From a virus (taxonomy: Duplodnaviria; Caudoviricetes), in the IMG/VR virus record IMGVR_UViG_3300017785_008291, positions 1 to 39,992 of that record: a DNA stretch of 39,992 nucleotides; one strand, given 5' to 3'. Below the pieces are notes generated by a model, which saw only the letters and a list, made by a program, of their open reading frames with translations, was not told the origin of the DNA and did no database searches. A program made the translations under genes and the position numbers. Positions 35,370 to 39,992 of this stretch are shown here, piece by piece; position 1 is the stretch's first letter, and every line of letters begins with the position of its first letter.

Positions 35370-36212
35370 TTATTCAAAAGCTGATGCGCCAGCTTTGATT
35401 TTAGGAGCTGAAACTTTGTTATTTGAATGCTTTGTTAGTGCTTCACCCTTTGAATCTGCAAGAGTGCCATCACTACCAACTTTATCTGTAAACTTACCAT
35501 CAGCCTTTCCCTTTACAGCTTTAACAGTACCAACTTCATTATTTTTTGCTTTGGTAAAACCTTTGTTAAGCTTATCTTCATCTTTAATAGCGTGACCGAT
35601 TTCTTCGGCTTCAACGGCTTCACCCATTGAATATTCTTCATCTTCATGATGCTCTTCATCTTCGTGATGTTCTTCATCTTCTTCAACATCTTCACCAGCA
35701 TCACCGTCTATCTGTGCTAGGATTTGTCTTAAACATTCTACATGTTCAGGCTTTAATGTAACAGTGACTTCACTTTCAGTCATTTCTGTATCTGTATCAG
35801 CGGCAGAATCATCTGCTACATCTACCCCGAGAGCTTCTGCATCTTGGAGTTCTTGATCATTCATTACTTCTTCAAACAATTTGTCGAAAATAGATTTCAT
35901 ATAATTATTTATCGTAATCGAGGTTGTTTTTTCAATGCCCTCATCAATTTTTTCGTCGCTCAATGAGAATTTAACTATATCTTTGGAATCTTTATTGGAT
36001 TTGCTCGATTTTTTTCTAGTATCTAATATATCTTCAATACCATCAGCATTTTCAGGTCCTGAATCGTTATGTTGAAACTTTTTATTAGCTTCATCATTTA
36101 GCTCTCTTGCACCAGGGCCAGACTTAACACCAATTTTAGCTGACTTTTTTTCTAAAATTACGGAATTTCTATATGTATCCCATATTTCGAGAAGATTATT
36201 CGATTTAGACAT
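35370..36212 (-). CDS. low-complexity late protein (acidic middle, basic C-terminus), possible prohead core or internal protein
   Basis: TAAATA-N5-ATG, EDEEHH repeats, and a second in-frame late start at 35900. Confidence 0.8.
   Translation of the reverse strand: MSKSNNLLEIWDTYRNSVILEKKSAKIGVKSGPGARELNDEANKKFQHNDSGPENADGIEDILDTRKKSSKSNKDSKDIVKFSLSDEKIDEGIEKTTSITINNYMKSIFDKLFEEVMNDQELQDAEALGVDVADDSAADTDTEMTESEVTVTLKPEHVECLRQILAQIDGDAGEDVEEDEEHHEDEEHHEDEEYSMGEAVEAEEIGHAIKDEDKLNKGFTKAKNNEVGTVKAVKGKADGKFTDKVGSDGTLADSKGEALTKHSNNKVSAPKIKAGASAFE
35906..35911 (-). promoter_or_regulatory. intragenic late promoter TAAATA with an in-frame ATG
   Basis: TAAATA-ATTAT-ATG(35900), the same 14-mer as at 35300. 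Confidence 0.65.
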
Positions 36213-36213
36213 G

Positions 36214-36223
36214 TAAATATTTA
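36214..36223. promoter_or_regulatory. overlapping divergent late promoters TAAATATTTA
   Basis: 10-bp palindrome. The minus copy is 5 nt from ATG 36212 and the plus copy is 11 nt from the terminase ATG. Confidence 0.7.
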
Positions 36224-36230
36224 ATGCACC

Positions 36231-37919
36231 ATGTTAAAGAATAACCAAAATTATTTAAATAATCCTAATCTACCTGCAGAAGGTGCTGTTCATGCATACG
36301 ATGCTGAAAAAGTAAAAGAGCTTAAAAAATGTCAGCAAAATATATTACACTTTGCTGAGAACTACTTTTTTATACGTAACGTAGATGAAGGTAAAATAAA
36401 AATTAACCTACACAAATATCAAAAGAGAGTATTAAGAAAGTTAAGAGATAGCAGATTTTTTGTTTTATTATCAGGCAGACAAGTCGGAAAGAGTACGCTT
36501 ATGACTATATATGCACTTTGGATAGCATGCTTTCAGGAGTGGCAAAATGTTCTAATAGTTGCTAATAAAGAGTCTACAGCTGTTGAAATTCTTAAAAGAA
36601 TTAAACTTGCATATGAAGAATTACCTAATTGGTTAAAACCAGGTGTTAAAAAATGGGCAGAAACATCAGTTATATTTGAAAATGGATCTGAAGTTTTGAT
36701 ATCTACTACAACTAGTTCAGCTGCAAGAGGTATGGCTATTAATTGCCTAATTATTGATGAAGCAGGATTCATAGAACCTGCAAGTATGTTAGAAGCTTTT
36801 TGGAGATCTGTATTCCCTGTAGTATCTTCTTCTAAGAAAGCTAAGATTTTTATGGTATCTACACCTAATGGTACTGGTAATCTCTTCCATAAAACCTTTT
36901 CCGAAGCTGAAGCAGGTGTAAATGGATGGGATTTTGATAGAGTAGATTGGAAAGAAGTACCTGGAAGAGATGAAAGATGGAAGAGAGACCAAATATTAGC
37001 TATGGGTGATTATAATTCATATCTTCAAGAGTTTGAAGCAGTATTTCTTGATAGTGGTGATAGTACTATAAATGAAGAGTTATATGATAGATTAAAGTCT
37101 TTTGTAAGAGACCCAATTTATGTAATGGATGAAGGTTGTTATAAGATATTTGATGAACCAAAAGATAATAGATTATATGTAGCAGGTGTAGATGTTAGTG
37201 AAGGTGTTGGTGGAGATTACTCAGTTATTAATATATTTGATATAACTAACTTATTAGAAATCAAACAAGTAGCTTATTATGCTAATAATACTATAACACC
37301 ACACATTTTTACTAAAAAACTCGATGAAATTTTAGCACAGTGGGGTAAACCTTTAGTATGTATTGAACGTAACAATCAAGGTGCACAAGTTGTAGATAAC
37401 TTAAGAAATATATACATGTATGAAAATATAGTATCATGGGGTGCATCAGAAGCTGGTAGATCAAAGTCTCAATTAGGTATTATAAGTCATACAAATACTA
37501 AGCAAAAAGGTATAGGTAACATGAGATATTGGGTAAACACTTTAAGATGCGTAGAATTTAGAGATATAAACATAATTAAAGAACTTAAAGACTTTATTAG
37601 ATATCCAAACGGTACATGGGCAGCTAAAAAAGGTGCAAATTATCATGATGACTTAGTGATGTCAATGGTTTGGGCTTTAGTTATATTAGAAGATACGTTA
37701 GTGCAAAAATATTTTGAAGTAACTCGTGTTGATGATAATAGACGACCACTTGAAATTAGAGCTCTAGATTATGGTATAAAATATAATGTAATACCAAATG
37801 GTATGTATAACGAAACAGATAATATAAATAGTGGTATGCCTACTATAATGGATGGAACGGCCAGCGATACACCAGATGACTTAAAATGGCTGCAATCTCA
37901 AGGATGGAAAAATTTATAA
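36231..37919 (+). CDS. gp17: terminase large subunit gp17
   Basis: YLNNPNL, RQVGKST, ANK, LIIDEA, STPNG, QEFE, GVDVSEGVGGDYS, ERN and HDDLVM. Confidence 0.96.
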   Translation: MLKNNQNYLNNPNLPAEGAVHAYDAEKVKELKKCQQNILHFAENYFFIRNVDEGKIKINLHKYQKRVLRKLRDSRFFVLLSGRQVGKSTLMTIYALWIACFQEWQNVLIVANKESTAVEILKRIKLAYEELPNWLKPGVKKWAETSVIFENGSEVLISTTTSSAARGMAINCLIIDEAGFIEPASMLEAFWRSVFPVVSSSKKAKIFMVSTPNGTGNLFHKTFSEAEAGVNGWDFDRVDWKEVPGRDERWKRDQILAMGDYNSYLQEFEAVFLDSGDSTINEELYDRLKSFVRDPIYVMDEGCYKIFDEPKDNRLYVAGVDVSEGVGGDYSVINIFDITNLLEIKQVAYYANNTITPHIFTKKLDEILAQWGKPLVCIERNNQGAQVVDNLRNIYMYENIVSWGASEAGRSKSQLGIISHTNTKQKGIGNMRYWVNTLRCVEFRDINIIKELKDFIRYPNGTWAAKKGANYHDDLVMSMVWALVILEDTLVQKYFEVTRVDDNRRPLEIRALDYGIKYNVIPNGMYNETDNINSGMPTIMDGTASDTPDDLKWLQSQGWKNL

Positions 37920-38491
37920 TGGATACATTTCAACAATCACAATTAAACAAAAGTAGAGAAGATAAGTTTTTAATGGTATTAAGCCTACCACCTATATTAA
38001 AGAAGATTAATACATCTAGCTTAAGTGAAAGATCAAAGAGTATTTTAAATTTAAATGCATTACAGTTTTCTATTTACGGTACTGTTATACCTACAGTTAC
38101 AGTACCACCAGTAGTTGCTGGTTATGCAGGTCAAAATTATAAGTTATCATCACATAGTAGACCACCTTATGATGATATAACAATAAATTTTACTGTAGAT
38201 AGTTTATTTACAAACTACTGGGTAATATATAAATGGTTAGATTTACTTAACGATGACTCTAAGTCTTATTATAATGCTGATGATTTAACGGGTAAAAATA
38301 TACCTGCTAACTATCAATCAGACATCATAATTTACGCAAAAGATGAATTTGATAAGAATATTATAAAATTTACGTTTACTAAAGCATTTCCTACTGGATT
38401 AGGTGGTTTTAATTATTCTTATAGAGGTTCTGATGAGATAGGATCTAATGTGACTTTTGCATTTTCTCAATTCATTTCTGAACCTTTATAA
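37919..38491 (+). CDS. tail tube-fold protein (gp3 tail completion / gp19-like, start revised to MDTFQQ)
   Basis: TAATG coupling to terminase. YDDITINFTVD...NY..IYKWL, FTKAFPTGLGG and VTFAF fit the gp3/gp19 family. Confidence 0.75.
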   Translation: MDTFQQSQLNKSREDKFLMVLSLPPILKKINTSSLSERSKSILNLNALQFSIYGTVIPTVTVPPVVAGYAGQNYKLSSHSRPPYDDITINFTVDSLFTNYWVIYKWLDLLNDDSKSYYNADDLTGKNIPANYQSDIIIYAKDEFDKNIIKFTFTKAFPTGLGGFNYSYRGSDEIGSNVTFAFSQFISEPL

Positions 38492-38510
38492 TCTTCATGC
38501 TTGATTTCAA

Positions 38511-38516
38511 TAAATA
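38511..38516 (+). promoter_or_regulatory. late promoter TAAATA
   Basis: 7 nt upstream of the sheath ATG at 38524. Confidence 0.65.
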
Positions 38517-38523
38517 ATAATAT

Positions 38524-39992
38524 ATGAGAACTATTGAGTCCCCAGGTGTCCAAATTAATGAAATCGATCTATCACTTAGAGCTACAACTCCAGTAGGTAC
38601 AAACGTACTTGTTACTGGCTTTGCCCAAAAAGGTCCTTCAGATGAAATAATTCAAGTCACCACCTTAAGTGAATTTCAGCAAATATATGGTATCCCACAA
38701 ACTCCTGCAGAGAGATACTTCTATCACACAGCAGCACCACTATTTAATACAGCAGGTAAGATCTTTACTTATAGATTACCATACGGTGCTTCTTCAGGTA
38801 ACGGGTTCGGTGCAGCATATGGTGCACTAGTTTACCCAGCATCTGCTGTAAGTATTAGAAGTGAAAATTTTAATACACCATTATCAACATATAGCCAACA
38901 ATCATCAGGTGTACTATATGTAATAGGTAAACCAACACACTTTGAGTTAAGCCGTGATCAATATAATGATATACTACAGCAAAAAACATTCAGTTGGAAG
39001 AATGAGTTTACTAGCACATTTGCAACTAGTGCTGATTTAGGTAAAGCTGCAATAATTATACTAAACAAATCACAAACTACAATTGATAACCTTTATCAAG
39101 GCTATTATGTAGGTGTTGTTGATAATTCTAATCTTTCACCTGCTACTAACTTTGACGGTATTCTAAGCGTAAGTTCTGTATCACAGTCTGCAAGTCAAAC
39201 AACAAACTATACATTAATACCTAATACCAGACTTGGATTTGTATTATCTGCTCAATCTGATGCTAATACAATATCATTTGGTCAAAATAATGATAGCATA
39301 TCAGAAGTAATGGAAAACTTAAGTAAGTTTGACGTCTCAACTTCAGATTACGATGATACTTTAAGCTTAGGTCTATTTAAACTTAGACAATCCGTATTTG
39401 CTCCAGACACAATCACATTAGATTACGTTCTATCAGAACAGTATGTTGCATCTCTAGACTATTATAGACAAGTAAATTCACAAAATGGTGGTGCACCACT
39501 AAGCTTCTTCTTAGAAACATCAGAAGATCAATCACCTAACATGACTGTTCTTGTTAATGAAAATCTATCACATAAAAATGGTTCAACATGGTTAGGTTTA
39601 GATGGTCTACCAACTAATAAAGTAAGAATGACTTCTAGTAAGTTTGCAAATAGTTCATATTTTACAGTATTATCAAGCAGATTTGGATGTACAAGTGCAT
39701 CACAAGTATCTGCGATGAGTGCTACAATGTTCGCGTACTCTTCTGCACTTGGTAATGCTGATAGCTTATTTGCTGTAGGTTCTTTCCAAGATAGTAATCC
39801 AAAGACATCAGAATTAGGAGCAATTCCATCAAAAATTGATAGACTACTTGATGTAGTATCTAATGTTGAACTATTCAATATTGACCTCGTAGTTGACGGT
39901 GGTTTGTCTACTATCAACGCAGTTAGTGAATATTTAGAAACTTTAAAAAGTACAAAATACTTTGATGATAATATAAATGTCGCAGCAATTTC
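38524..39992 (+). CDS. gp18: contractile tail sheath protein gp18, 3'-truncated, not in the ORF track
   Basis: Hand translation MRTIESPGVQINEIDLS...GFAQKGP...EFQQIYGIP is the typical sheath N-terminus. The frame appears open to the window end. Confidence 0.92.
   Translation, partial: MRTIESPGVQINEIDLSLRATTPVGTNVLVTGFAQKGPSDEIIQVTTLSEFQQIYGIPQTPAERYFYHTAAPLFNTAGKIFTYRLPYGASSGNGFGAAYGALVYPASAVSIRSENFNTPLSTYSQQSSGVLYVIGKPTHFELSRDQYNDILQQKTFSWKNEFTSTFATSADLGKAAIIILNKSQTTIDNLYQGYYVGVVDNSNLSPATNFDGILSVSSVSQSASQTTNYTLIPNTRLGFVLSAQSDANTISFGQNNDSISEVMENLSKFDVSTSDYDDTLSLGLFKLRQSVFAPDTITLDYVLSEQYVASLDYYRQVNSQNGGAPLSFFLETSEDQSPNMTVLVNENLSHKNGSTWLGLDGLPTNKVRMTSSKFANSSYFTVLSSRFGCTSASQVSAMSATMFAYSSALGNADSLFAVGSFQDSNPKTSELGAIPSKIDRLLDVVSNVELFNIDLVVDGGLSTINAVSEYLETLKSTKYFDDNINVAAI

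Noticed and set aside
35634-35682. 18-bp tandem repeat as a regulatory or contingency locus
   Set aside because: It is an in-frame coding repeat (EDEEHH) with synonymous differences between units.
12513-37919. Inteins or introns in gp43, uvsX, gp41, thyX or gp17
   Set aside because: Lengths are ordinary, motifs are contiguous and no splice-junction signatures are evident.
1-39992. Stop-codon reassignment
   Set aside because: Core genes are full length in the standard code, and TAA, TAG and TGA each end genes at expected positions.

Overview
AT-rich, gene-dense 40 kb segment of a large T4-like myophage, readable in the standard genetic code. The + strand carries the replication and recombination core (uvsY, uvsW, late sigma gp55, gp47/gp46, family B polymerase gp43, uvsX, gp41 helicase, gp32 SSB, gp45 clamp, gp61 primase). 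It ends in a morphogenesis block (gp14 on the - strand, then gp17 terminase, a gp3/gp19-like gene and a partial gp18 sheath). Mixed into the replication genes is a candidate modification toolkit: a GT-B and a GT-A glycosyltransferase, a QueC homologue that has lost three of four zinc-binding cysteines, a stand-alone class II glutamine amidotransferase, a GNAT, and a three-gene dTDP-rhamnose pathway (RmlA, RmlB, NRS/ER-type epimerase-reductase) surrounding thyX. Two promoter classes are visible. TAAATA lies exactly 5 nt before the ATG in 12 late starts. TTGA(A/T)N-N15/16-TAnnnT occurs 13 times, mostly 5-6 nt before an ATG. Shine-Dalgarno motifs are almost absent, which points to largely leaderless translation. 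Late genes, mostly on the - strand, are scattered between replication genes, and two such cassettes are bounded by 45-60 bp duplications of flanking DNA. Hairpins overlap early promoters that lie downstream of co-directional late genes. No tRNA, rRNA or CRISPR array was seen. All family assignments come from motif recognition, not database searches.
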